In this document: one piece after another, positions 9,425 through 18,584 of the stretch | Layout: each line of letters opens with the position of its first letter | How positions within the stretch are numbered: the stretch's first letter is position 1 | Assembly: GCA_045802645.1 (NCBI GenBank) | Contig: JBJMQQ010000131.1 | Coordinates: 2,050 to 66,049, forward strand | Reading direction: 5' to 3' | Length of the DNA stretch: 64,000 bases | Origin: Polyangia bacterium | GTDB taxonomy: Bacteria > Myxococcota_A > Polyangia > Fen-1088 | Made by a program: the position numbers and the translations under genes | Notes under the pieces: generated by a model | What the model was told of the DNA's origin: nothing | What the model saw: only the letters and a program-made list of their open reading frames with translations | The model's database searches: none

Positions 9425-12061
9425 TTACGGCGCGGCCACGACGGTCTGAGAGCCGTCGTAGCTGACGACCTTGTCCGGCGTCGCCGTGACGGCCAGGCCG
9501 TTGCCGTGGCTGGCGCCGACGAAGACGACGTTGAAGGTGCGCGTGGCCAGCATCCCGGTGAAGGTGCCCGAACGAGCACCGATCGTGAGCTGCTTGGCGG
9601 TGTCGTCCCACGAGAAGTCGATCGTGGCGTACTGGCCCGTCTCGTAGTCGTACGTGTCACCGGCGTCTTCATAGAGCGTGAATGTGCCGTTCTGCCCCTT
9701 GTAGACCCGGATCTCCAGCGGGTCGACGCTCTCGGTCGCGTACTGGATCATCGGCCCCATCGGCAGGATCGACCCCGCCCTCACGTAAAGCGGGATCTGG
9801 CTCAGCGGCGCGGCCGCGGTGCTCATCGCGCCCCCCATGCTGCTGGCGCCGGTCCAGAAGTCGTACCAGGTCCCGGCCGGCAGATAGACCGAGCGGCTGG
9901 TGGCACCCATCGCCGTGACCGGGTTGACCAGCAGCGCCGGGCCGAACATGTACTGGTCCTTGATGCCGTAGACCATGCTGTCGCTCTGGAAGTCGAACAC
10001 CAGCGGCCGCATGATCGTGTAGCCCTCGCTGGTGACCTTCCACGCCAGCGAATAGATGTACGGCATCAACCGGTACCGCAGCTGGTCGATGGCCAGCATG
10101 TTGGCCTTGCCCGCCGCGCTCCAGGGCGTGCCGCCCTGCGGGCCGTAGAGCTCCTTCGCCGCCTGGCCGTGAATGCGGAACGTCGGGCAGAACGCGCCGA
10201 ACTGCAGCCAGCGCGTGAACAGCTCCTCGCTGGGGTTGCCAAAGTAGCCGCCGATGTCGGTGGTCCAGTACGGCAGCCCGGAGGCCGCGTAGCCGAGGCC
10301 GGCGGGGATCTGCGCGACGTAGACGGCCTGGGTCGCGTTGATGTCGCCCGACCAGACGCCGGCGCCGTAGCGCTGCAGCCCCGCGAACCCGCTGCGGGTC
10401 AGGATGTACACCCGCTTGGTCAGCGGCCCGACTTTGCGCCACCCCTCGTAGACGGCGCGGTTGTGTTCCAGCGGGTAGGCGTTGATGTAAAACGCGCCCT
10501 TGCCGAGGGCGGTGGTGGCGGCGTGGACATTCACGCCCTCCGGATAGCTCTGCGGCTCCGTGTTGTCCGCCCAGATGGCGTCCCACCCGTACTTGCCGAT
10601 CAGACGATCGTAGTCCTGCTGGTACGTGAGCGTGCGGGCCGCGGCGTTGAACGTGTCGTAAAAGTGGTACGTGCCACCGGCGGTCGTGTCGGGATAAAGC
10701 GCGTTGATGGCGTCGAGCGCTTTGTAGTTGTCCAGCTCGCCCGCCACCGTCGCCGTCCCGTTCGACCGCGTTTGATAAAGCGGCCAGATCGAGATCATCG
10801 TGTGGATGTGGGCGTTGTGCAGGTCGGTGACCAGCTTGGCCGGGTCCGGATACCGGCTGGCGTCCATCAGATGCGAGCCCCAGACCGCCGGTGACCAGTA
10901 CTGCCAATCCTGGACGATGACGTCGACCGGGATCTTGGCGTTGCGATAGCCAGCCTCGATCGTCATCAGCTCGCTGGTGCTCTGGTAGTGGTCCTTCGAC
11001 TGGAAGAGGCCGTAACCCCACTTCGGAAACAGCGGGGCCGCCCCCGTCGTGGTCCGGTAACCGGCGACGACGTGATCGATGGTCGGGCCGTAGAAGAAGT
11101 AGTAGTCGACGAGGTCGCCCGCCTCCGAGCTGAAGCTGTACTGCGTGTTGCTGCTGGCGTTGCCGGCGAAGTTCGTCGTCGAGTAGTTGTCCCAGAAGAG
11201 GCCGTAGCCCTTGTTGGAGACCAGCACCGGAATCTGGATCTCGGTGTTGGCGTTCAGCATGCGGATCGTCGAGCCCTTGCGGTTGATGACGCCGTCTTGA
11301 TGCTGCCCCAACCCGAACAGCGCCTCGTTGGCGGGCGAGTTGAACGACGCCGCGACGGTGTTGGTGGCGGTGCCCTCGACGGTTGCCGCCTTCAGGCTCT
11401 TGCTGGCCTCGGACACCAGGGTCGTGCCAGCCAGGTCCGCGTAGGTGACGATGCCGGTCGTCTCGTTGACCATGACCTTCATGCGGCTGGTCGTGATGGT
11501 CACGGTCCCGGCGGACTCGGTCACGCAGAACGGCGTCGGCGTCGTCCAGGTGTTGCTGACGGACAGCGAGGACTTCATCGGGATCGCGCTGGCGCTGGTG
11601 TAGGCGACGTGGATGATGTCTTCCTTGCAGACCTGAACTTTTTCTTTGCCGGCCGTCAGCGTGAACGTGACGCCGGTGGTGTCGACGGCGAAGGACGCCC
11701 CCGACGCGTTCGGCCCCGTGCAGGTGACGGGCGGGGACCCCGCCGTGCCCCCCTGTCCGCCGGAACCCACGCCGCCCGAGCCGGGATGGCCACCGGCCGA
11801 CCCGCCGGTGCCGGGGCCACTCCCGCCCTTGGCGCCGCTGCCGCCGGTGCCGATGGTGCCGCCCAGTCCCGCCGTCGTTCCGCCGCTGCCCGGGCCGCTG
11901 CCGCCGCTGCTCGCGTTGCTGCCCCCGGCGGCCGTCGCCCCGGAACCGCCTTGGCCCGGGCTGCCGCCGCTACCCGCGCCGCCAGAGCCCGAGCTGCAGG
12001 AGGCGACCAGCAGCGCGGAACCCAGGAATAAGCCGTGCCGGAACGATGCAAATCGACGCAT
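9425..12061 (-). CDS. glycoside hydrolase family 31 lipoprotein (alpha-xylosidase/alpha-glucosidase type)
   Basis: Lipobox LLVASC is followed by an about 90-aa Gly-rich tether. GH31-like nucleophile region GWDAIWADNTEP and acid/base region GVWSGDINAT. Confidence 0.85.
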   Translation of the reverse strand: MRRFASFRHGLFLGSALLVASCSSGSGGAGSGGSPGQGGSGATAAGGSNASSGGSGPGSGGTTAGLGGTIGTGGSGAKGGSGPGTGGSAGGHPGSGGVGSGGQGGTAGSPPVTCTGPNASGASFAVDTTGVTFTLTAGKEKVQVCKEDIIHVAYTSASAIPMKSSLSVSNTWTTPTPFCVTESAGTVTITTSRMKVMVNETTGIVTYADLAGTTLVSEASKSLKAATVEGTATNTVAASFNSPANEALFGLGQHQDGVINRKGSTIRMLNANTEIQIPVLVSNKGYGLFWDNYSTTNFAGNASSNTQYSFSSEAGDLVDYYFFYGPTIDHVVAGYRTTTGAAPLFPKWGYGLFQSKDHYQSTSELMTIEAGYRNAKIPVDVIVQDWQYWSPAVWGSHLMDASRYPDPAKLVTDLHNAHIHTMISIWPLYQTRSNGTATVAGELDNYKALDAINALYPDTTAGGTYHFYDTFNAAARTLTYQQDYDRLIGKYGWDAIWADNTEPQSYPEGVNVHAATTALGKGAFYINAYPLEHNRAVYEGWRKVGPLTKRVYILTRSGFAGLQRYGAGVWSGDINATQAVYVAQIPAGLGYAASGLPYWTTDIGGYFGNPSEELFTRWLQFGAFCPTFRIHGQAAKELYGPQGGTPWSAAGKANMLAIDQLRYRLMPYIYSLAWKVTSEGYTIMRPLVFDFQSDSMVYGIKDQYMFGPALLVNPVTAMGATSRSVYLPAGTWYDFWTGASSMGGAMSTAAAPLSQIPLYVRAGSILPMGPMIQYATESVDPLEIRVYKGQNGTFTLYEDAGDTYDYETGQYATIDFSWDDTAKQLTIGARSGTFTGMLATRTFNVVFVGASHGNGLAVTATPDKVVSYDGSQTVVAAP

Positions 12062-12103
12062 GACGGGCTACTGCGCCCGGCCCCAGCCGGTTTTGCAGAA
12101 ATT

Positions 12104-13102
12104 TCAGGGGCTGTAAGTCGCGGGATCCGTGAGGATGTGCCAGAAGCGCGCCGTCGCCGGCGCCGCCTTGCTCTGCGTCACGAGCCAGCCCGGCCCGCCC
12201 ATGTTGGTCATGAGATCGGGGCCCGCGGTAGCACCGGGGCCGACCGTCGAACCGGCCGCCACCCGCTCGACGGTCACGGCGAACTCGGGAACGCCCACGG
12301 CGATGATTCCCACCTGGTCGGCCGATTGCTGCAAGGTCCAGATGTTCGGCTGCTTGGCGGCGATCCACGCGCCGAACGGGTTCGCCGGTAGCTGAGCGAC
12401 GCTGGACGCGGGGACGTCGGTGAGCTGGTCGTAGTAGGCGCTCACTTGAACGAAGGGAAGCGACCCGGTCACGATCGCGTCCGCCCACGGGTCCATCTCG
12501 CCGTTCGGGTTGCTCATCGCGCCGCCGGTCGCCGTGACGGTCCCCAGCGAGGAGACGACGACGATGCGGCTGACGATTGTCGGATCGATCAGGACCGCAT
12601 CGGCCACGTCAGTCAAACGGCCACCCGTCACCACCACCAGGGGTCGATAAGGAAGACTCAGCCGTGCGGCGGCGTCCACGATCAGGCGCGCGCCTTCCGA
12701 GCGGTTGGGCGTCGTCGAGGTGAACCGCCCGTCCGCGGGACGGACCAGGGGCGGACCGATGCTGGCGATCGGGTCGGGGATGTCGCGCATCCCGCTGGCG
12801 CGCGCCGCCGCCACCATGCCGCGCCACCCGGCGATGTTCGCGTCGATGTCCGGCCACGGGCCGCTGGTGTTCACGACGATGCCCGCCAGCTTCGGGCCGC
12901 CGCCGCTGGACAGCAGGATGGCGTACTCGCCCTGCCAGTTCTCGTTCGCGCTGTCGTTCGCGAGGATGACCGGGTTGCGCTGATCGACGGGAAGGGCGCC
13001 GTGGTGCACCGTCGAGCCGAGATCCCGAGTCTCGACGCAGCCGAGCGCGCTCAGCCCGAGGCATAGCGCCAACGCCGTGGCCGACCTCGCGCCCGTCGTC
13101 AT
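12104..13102 (-). CDS. lipoprotein with nucleoside-hydrolase-like fold and degenerate Asp motif
   Basis: Internal ATG at 13102 gives MTTGARSATALALCLGLSALGC (lipobox). NPVILANDSANENWQGEYAILLSSGG...LAGIVVNT resembles the IUNH/DUF1593 N-terminus but lacks DxDxxxDD. An ATGA overlap links it to the upstream gene. Confidence 0.5.
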   Translation of the reverse strand: MTTGARSATALALCLGLSALGCVETRDLGSTVHHGALPVDQRNPVILANDSANENWQGEYAILLSSGGGPKLAGIVVNTSGPWPDIDANIAGWRGMVAAARASGMRDIPDPIASIGPPLVRPADGRFTSTTPNRSEGARLIVDAAARLSLPYRPLVVVTGGRLTDVADAVLIDPTIVSRIVVVSSLGTVTATGGAMSNPNGEMDPWADAIVTGSLPFVQVSAYYDQLTDVPASSVAQLPANPFGAWIAAKQPNIWTLQQSADQVGIIAVGVPEFAVTVERVAAGSTVGPGATAGPDLMTNMGGPGWLVTQSKAAPATARFWHILTDPATYSP

Positions 13103-14094
13103 GGAAACCGCACCAGCGCGTCGACGCCCAGCGCAGCGGCGAACCGCGGGGCGGTCCAGACCGGCAGGTTGTCGAGCGTGCCCCGCCAGCGGGTCAGCGC
13201 CGCGAGGCCGTCCGCGTGCGCAGCGACGACCACGCGCCGCCCGAAACCGTGTGCCGCGCCCAGACGCAGGCCAGCCTGGACGACGGGCGCAACGGCCGAG
13301 GTCGGGCGATCGATGTCCACGCCGGCCAACCTGACCACGCCCGCGTTGGCCAGGACGCACGCCGTCCACGGCGCGCGCAGCGCGCACCCGGCCGCGCCCA
13401 GCAGGAGATGCTGCTGCGAGAACCCGGCCCCGTCCGCCCGCCGGGTCGTCGCCGGGACACTGGTCTGCGCGGCCACTTCGATCGCGACGTGGGTCCACGC
13501 CAGCACGCCGAAGATCCGCCCGAGGACGATCGGGGCGTCCGCCATGCCGAACGCGACCGCGGGGCCGGCGCCGATCGCCAGCTCCGGCCCCGACCTGTGG
13601 CGCGCGGGGGGCGCGACGGGCGCCACGGAGACAACAACCGGAAGCGGCGGCGGTTCGGGTGGCGGGGTCGGCGCGGCCGCCTGGGCTGGCGCGTCCGGCT
13701 CCGCGCGCACGTTCGCGAGGAGCTGAATCTGAACGGCCAGCGCAAACCCCACCACGCGCGCGAAACGCGCGCAGTCCGTCGTCACCGTCGGGAACGTCTG
13801 GTCGCCCGTCCAGGCCCCAGCCGCGTCCCGCCACTCGAGCCGCCCCTCGATCGCGCCACTGCGGGGAACCACCTGCACGAGCACGCGATCGGGCGCGCCC
13901 GCGGCAAAGGGGTCGTACCCCAGCCGGCCGACGACGACCGCTTTGAACTCCGCGGCGCCGGGACAGCCTGGGCCGGCCACGTACTCCAGCGTGACCTTGA
14001 ACGGCTTCGTCTCCGCCCGCGCAGGATTCCGCCCGAACAACAAGACCCACGCAGTCGCCGCACAGAGCAGCGGACGTACGCGGCCGGCGCCCAC
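13099..14094 (-). CDS. hypothetical exported protein (third gene of ECF cassette A)
   Basis: GTG at 14094 lies one nt after the anti-sigma stop and gives VGAGRVRPLLCAATAWVLLFGRNPARAE (signal-like). An N-terminal domain and a Pro-rich linker are followed by an Ala/Gly/Val-rich beta-like C-terminal half. Confidence 0.5.
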   Translation of the reverse strand: MGAGRVRPLLCAATAWVLLFGRNPARAETKPFKVTLEYVAGPGCPGAAEFKAVVVGRLGYDPFAAGAPDRVLVQVVPRSGAIEGRLEWRDAAGAWTGDQTFPTVTTDCARFARVVGFALAVQIQLLANVRAEPDAPAQAAAPTPPPEPPPLPVVVSVAPVAPPARHRSGPELAIGAGPAVAFGMADAPIVLGRIFGVLAWTHVAIEVAAQTSVPATTRRADGAGFSQQHLLLGAAGCALRAPWTACVLANAGVVRLAGVDIDRPTSAVAPVVQAGLRLGAAHGFGRRVVVAAHADGLAALTRWRGTLDNLPVWTAPRFAAALGVDALVRFP

Positions 14095-14095
14095 C

Positions 14096-14845
14096 TCAAT
14101 CCCTTTCGGCGCTGTCGACCCGCGGTAGGAGAACGCTGCGGGGGAACCGAATGCCGAACGTGACCGCCGCCCGATGCGCCTCTCCGGTGCGCCCGGCGCC
14201 CAGCAGGCAGCGCACCTGCAAGGCGTCTCGCTCTTCGGAGAGGTGCCCCCGCGGAAAGCGCCGGGCATGGTCCGCGAGCAGCGTCAGCGCGCTGGCAAAT
14301 TCGTGCCGCGTGTACGCCGCCTGCGCGCGCTGAAGCAGCTCGAGCTCGGCGTTCACCGGTTCGACGCTGGCCGCCACCCGGAACGATCGGGCGGGTCTGA
14401 CCCGCACGGCGCGCTGGACCACCGGTTGGTCGGCGGCGGACGGCGCGGTCTGGACGGGGCGAACACGAATCCCGGGACGGGCCGGCATCGGGGCCGCGGG
14501 CGTTGCGACAGGATCGGGCGCGACCACCTCCGGTTCGGCGTCCCGGCCGCGCAGCGACGCGATCGCGCCGACCGCGACGGCCACCACGGCCACCGCCGCC
14601 GCGAACGCGATCCGCATGCGCGCAGGCGCGCGGGTCTGCACCCACGACGGCGACAACGAATGCAGCGCCGGGGCGTCCCCGGGCCAGGCGGCGGGCTTCA
14701 CGCCGCCCGCGCTGACAATCACGCGGGCTCGCGCCAGCGCGCGCGCCTGCACGTCCGGCGGCGCCCGCCGGACGATCTTCGGCGGGTGGACCAGGGACTC
14801 CAGCTCCGGGTCCAACGCGTCGGGCGGGAGATCGGGCCGCGTCAT
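14096..14845 (-). CDS. anti-sigma factor-like single-pass membrane protein with TPR-like C-terminus
   Basis: ATG at 14845 overlaps the sigma stop (ATGA). Central TM helix IAFAAAVAVVAVAVGAIA. C-terminal ELELLQRAQAAYTRHEFASALTLLADHARRFPRG. Confidence 0.6.
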   Translation of the reverse strand: MTRPDLPPDALDPELESLVHPPKIVRRAPPDVQARALARARVIVSAGGVKPAAWPGDAPALHSLSPSWVQTRAPARMRIAFAAAVAVVAVAVGAIASLRGRDAEPEVVAPDPVATPAAPMPARPGIRVRPVQTAPSAADQPVVQRAVRVRPARSFRVAASVEPVNAELELLQRAQAAYTRHEFASALTLLADHARRFPRGHLSEERDALQVRCLLGAGRTGEAHRAAVTFGIRFPRSVLLPRVDSAERD

Positions 14846-15396
14846 TTCGCCACGGCCTTCCGCTTCAACCGCCGCAGTGCCGACGCCAGCTCGCGCCGCC
14901 CCTTGTAGAGGCGGGTGTAGACACCAATCTTCGTCATCGAAAGCCGGCGCGCGATCTCGACGATCTCGACCCCCTCGAGGTCGTGTAGCACCACGACCGA
15001 TCGCCGCGCCAGCGGAACCCGGTCCAGCGCCGCCGACAGGCTGACCAGCGCCTCGCGATCCTGCAGCAGCGCCTCGGGGCTGGCTGTGGCGTCCTCCAGC
15101 TCGAAGTCGGAGCAAAGGACCTCGCGCGCGCGGCGGCGGCGCTGCGCGCGCAGCACCCGGAACGTCACCCCGAATAGCCACGGGCGAAGCGACCGCGTGA
15201 GGTCCAGGTTCGGCCAGTGCCGGTAAAGGACCAGGAAGATCTCCTGCAGGAGGTCGTCGATCTCGCCGGGACCGGCTCCCAGCCGCTGCAGCGTCATGTA
15301 GAGGTAGTCGAGCTCTTGCTGGAACGCGTCGAGACACCCGCTCTCGGCCTGGGCCGAGGGGCTCGCGTCTGACCGGACGAGGCGCAGGCGACCCAT
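14842..15396 (-). CDS. ECF (sigma-70 family group 4) RNA polymerase sigma factor
   Basis: Region 2 DDLLQEIFLVLYRHW...RPWLFGVTFRVL. Region 4 RRSVVVLHDLEGVEIVEIARRLSMTKIGVYTRLYKGRREL. Confidence 0.85.
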   Translation of the reverse strand: MGRLRLVRSDASPSAQAESGCLDAFQQELDYLYMTLQRLGAGPGEIDDLLQEIFLVLYRHWPNLDLTRSLRPWLFGVTFRVLRAQRRRRAREVLCSDFELEDATASPEALLQDREALVSLSAALDRVPLARRSVVVLHDLEGVEIVEIARRLSMTKIGVYTRLYKGRRELASALRRLKRKAVAK

Positions 15397-15447
15397 GGAA
15401 CCATCAGTATTGTCGCGAGCGGGCGCATTTTGGCCCGAAATTTCGCG

Positions 15448-18400
15448 TCAGCGGTGCAGGGACGCGGCGTCGGAAGCGCCCGGAATCATGGGCTGCAGGG
15501 GTACGCGCTTGGGCAGGTGGACCGTGAACGTGGTTTTCACGTCGGGCGTGCTCTCGACGCTCAACGTCCCGCCGTGGGCTTCCGCGATCTTGCGGGATAT
15601 CCAGAGCCCCAGCCCGAAGCCCCCGAAGTTGCTGGTCGGAACGGCCCGCTCGAACCGGTTGAAGATCCGTTCCTGGTCTTCGGGCGCGATGCCGATCCCC
15701 CTGTCCGTCACCGTCAGCGTCGCGCTGTCATGATCCTGGCGCAGGCCGATGTCGATCTTGCCGGCGCTGCGGCCGTACTTGATGGCGTTGGCGACCAGGT
15801 TGCTGACCAGCTCGTCCAGCCGCAGGGCGTCCCATTCGCCGACGCAGGGTCCGCCTCCGCCTAGAAAGAAGACCGTGTAGCCGCCCTTTTCGATCTGCTC
15901 GCGGGTTCGGTCCATCGCCTCCAGGATCAGGCGGGCCAGGTCGACCGGTTGCCGCTTCAGCACCAAGCCGTCCGAGGCGATGCGGGACACGTCCAGCAGC
16001 CCCTCGATCAGCTTGCCCAGGCGGTCGGCGTTCATCAGCGCGCGATCCAGGCGCTCGCGCGCGCGGTCGGGGGCCAGGTCGCGCGCCACGGCTCGGGACA
16101 CGCCTTCGATCTGCAACCGCAGCGCGGTCAGCGGCGTCCGCAGCTCGTGCCCGGCGATGGCGATGAAGTCGTCGCGCATCCGGATGGCCCGCTGCGCGTC
16201 GTCGAACTCGGTGCGCAACCGGGACAGCGTGAGGTGGGTCTGAATGCGCGCCACCAGCTCCCTGGCCGAAAACGGCTTGATCAAGTAGTCGTCCGCGCCG
16301 GCGTCCAACCCTTCGACCTTGGCCTCTTCACCGGCGCGCGCCGACAACAGGATGACCGGCGTGCGCCGCAGGACCGGGTCGCGCCGGACCTCTTGCAGCA
16401 GGCCGAAGCCGTCCAGGCGCGGCATCATGATGTCCGACAGGATCAGGTCGGGCGCGTGGCGGCGGGCCGCTTCCAGCGCCGCCGCGCCGTCGCCCGCGGT
16501 CTCCACCGCCCAGCGCGCGCCGACCAGCCGCACGATGTAGTCGCGCATGTCGGCGTTGTCGTCGGCGACCAGGATCCGCGTGCGCGCGCCGGCGCCGTCG
16601 GGCTCGGGCCCGGCTTCGACTGTCGCGGGCGCCATCCACCGCAGCGCCTCCTCGACGAACGGCGCGGCGCCGACCGCCGTGAGCGGTGCGGCCGTCGTCT
16701 CCGTGGGCTGCCCCAGCACACGCTCCGCGGGCAGGTGCGCGGCACCCAGAGGAATCCGGACGGTGAACGTGGTCCCTTCTCCGTGGGTGCTCGCGACCTC
16801 GACCGTGCCGCCATGCAGCTCGACGAGATCCTTCACCAGCGCCAGGCCGATGCCCGTCCCCTCGTGCGTGCGCCCCTCCGCGCCTTCGACGCGGTGGAAC
16901 CGCTCGAAGAGGCGCGGCACCTCGTGGGCAGGCACGCCGATCCCCGTGTCGCTGACCGTCAGCCGCGCGAAGTCCGCTTCGCGTTCCAGCTCGACCGCGA
17001 TCCCGCCGCGCAGCGTGAACTTCAACGCGTTCGACAGCAGGTTGAAGACGACCTTCTCCCAGAGATCGCGGTCCACGTACGCCAGCGGGCCCATCGCCGC
17101 GCAATCGACCGCGAACGTGAGCCCCGCCCGCTCGACCGCGGAGCGGAAGGCGCTGGCCAGGTCGGCCGTCAGCGCGCCCAGATCGGTGGCGACGTAGAGC
17201 GCCTGGGCTCTGCCCGCCTCGATGCGGGAGAAATCCAGCAGACCATTCACCAGCTTCAGCAGGCGGAGGCCGTTTCGGTGGACCGCCTCCAAGTCGGCGC
17301 CGGCCAGCGTTTGCGACGGTGACGCCAGCGCGTCTTCGGTCGGCCCAAGCATCAGCGTGAGCGGCGTCCGGAACTCGTGGCTGACGTTGCTGAAGAAGGC
17401 GGTCTTGGCGCGATCGAGCGCCGCCAGCGTCTCGACCCGCCTCTGTGCGTCCTCATAGGCCTGGGCGCCCGCCACCGCCGTCGTCACGGCCGCCGCCAGC
17501 AGGTCGTAAAAGCTGCGGTACGCCTCGTTCATCGGCAGGCGCGCGCTGACCCCCGCCACCACGACTGCCAGCGGCCCCGACGCGCCCGGTGCCGAGATGG
17601 GCAGCAGGATCGCGCCCGAGGGGAGATCGGGGTACGGGCCCACCGACATGTCCCCGAACATCTCGCGGAACTTGGGCGGAAAGTCGGTCACGTGAACCGC
17701 CGCGCGCGTCCGGATCACCTCGGCCAGCGGCCAGACCGGGTCTGCTTCGCGCGCGTCCAGCGCGTCGGGGGCGACACCCGCACCGGCGGCGACACCGGCG
17801 CTGCCCAGCAGGGTCGCCGTCGGCCACGACGCCGTGTCGTAGACCAACACGAACGGTAGGTCCAGGTCGTCCGCACCCATCGAGTCGAGCGCCGAGCGAA
17901 GCGCGGCTCGAACCGAGAACGACTTGCCCGAACGTCCAGCGACGTCGCGCAACAGGCGCATCCGGCGCTGGCTGAGCATCTTGGCGGTCGTCTCGGTGAC
18001 CGGGTGGAACAGGCCACCCACGCCACCCGACTCGTCGCGGATCGGGCTGAAAGAGAACGTGAAGAACGTCTCTTCCAGGTACCCGTGGCGGTCCAGGAAC
18101 ATGCGCTGGTCCTCGAGAAACGACGTCTCCCCCTTCAGCGCGCGCTCGAACGACGCGCCGATGACCGGCCACGCCGACGCCCAGCACACCGAGAAGTCCT
18201 GACCCAGCGAGGCGGGGTGCTTGGCCCCGCAGATCGGCCAGTAGCCGTCGTTGTAGATCTGGGTGTGCTGTGCCCCCCACGCGATCGAGATCGGGAAGTT
18301 CGACGCCAGGCAGAGGCTGACGGTGGTTCGCAAGCTCTGCGGCCACGACTCGATCGCACCCAGCGGCGTACACGACCAGTCCTTCGCCAGGACGAGCTTG

Positions 18401-18525
18401 CCCATCTCGCCCCCTCCGCCGAGCCACCGCTCAGGCCCACGATTCGACACGCCCGAGCGCGTCTCAGGCAAAGATGGAGGCACGACGGAATCTCCGGGCG
18501 TCGCCACCAGCGGATACGTAAGCAC
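15448..18525 (-). CDS. hybrid sensor kinase: PAS/GAF - HisKA/HATPase - REC - HisKA/HATPase
   Basis: First H-box SHEFRTPLT with GTGIGLALV. Receiver ILVADDNADMRDYI...DLILSDIMMPRLDG...DDYLIKPF. Second H-box GHELRTPLTAL with GGFGLGLWI. An alternative start MGKLVL lies at 18405. Confidence 0.85.
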   Translation of the reverse strand: MLTYPLVATPGDSVVPPSLPETRSGVSNRGPERWLGGGGEMGKLVLAKDWSCTPLGAIESWPQSLRTTVSLCLASNFPISIAWGAQHTQIYNDGYWPICGAKHPASLGQDFSVCWASAWPVIGASFERALKGETSFLEDQRMFLDRHGYLEETFFTFSFSPIRDESGGVGGLFHPVTETTAKMLSQRRMRLLRDVAGRSGKSFSVRAALRSALDSMGADDLDLPFVLVYDTASWPTATLLGSAGVAAGAGVAPDALDAREADPVWPLAEVIRTRAAVHVTDFPPKFREMFGDMSVGPYPDLPSGAILLPISAPGASGPLAVVVAGVSARLPMNEAYRSFYDLLAAAVTTAVAGAQAYEDAQRRVETLAALDRAKTAFFSNVSHEFRTPLTLMLGPTEDALASPSQTLAGADLEAVHRNGLRLLKLVNGLLDFSRIEAGRAQALYVATDLGALTADLASAFRSAVERAGLTFAVDCAAMGPLAYVDRDLWEKVVFNLLSNALKFTLRGGIAVELEREADFARLTVSDTGIGVPAHEVPRLFERFHRVEGAEGRTHEGTGIGLALVKDLVELHGGTVEVASTHGEGTTFTVRIPLGAAHLPAERVLGQPTETTAAPLTAVGAAPFVEEALRWMAPATVEAGPEPDGAGARTRILVADDNADMRDYIVRLVGARWAVETAGDGAAALEAARRHAPDLILSDIMMPRLDGFGLLQEVRRDPVLRRTPVILLSARAGEEAKVEGLDAGADDYLIKPFSARELVARIQTHLTLSRLRTEFDDAQRAIRMRDDFIAIAGHELRTPLTALRLQIEGVSRAVARDLAPDRARERLDRALMNADRLGKLIEGLLDVSRIASDGLVLKRQPVDLARLILEAMDRTREQIEKGGYTVFFLGGGGPCVGEWDALRLDELVSNLVANAIKYGRSAGKIDIGLRQDHDSATLTVTDRGIGIAPEDQERIFNRFERAVPTSNFGGFGLGLWISRKIAEAHGGTLSVESTPDVKTTFTVHLPKRVPLQPMIPGASDAASLHR

Positions 18526-18584
18526 TTTCCTGATCCCCGCAACCGGCGGGCCAAGGTAAATGCCTCGTTCAGCTCAGGAAATCG

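Noticed and set aside
12104-14050. 648-aa run-on ORF
   Set aside because: Only the last 332 aa, from the ATG at 13102 with a lipobox, look like protein. The upstream part overlaps a different-frame gene (13099-14094) and is Arg/Gly/Pro-rich.
15949-17322. 457-aa plus-strand ORF antisense to the hybrid kinase
   Set aside because: Shadow ORF. The kinase frame has H-box, REC and HATPase motifs.
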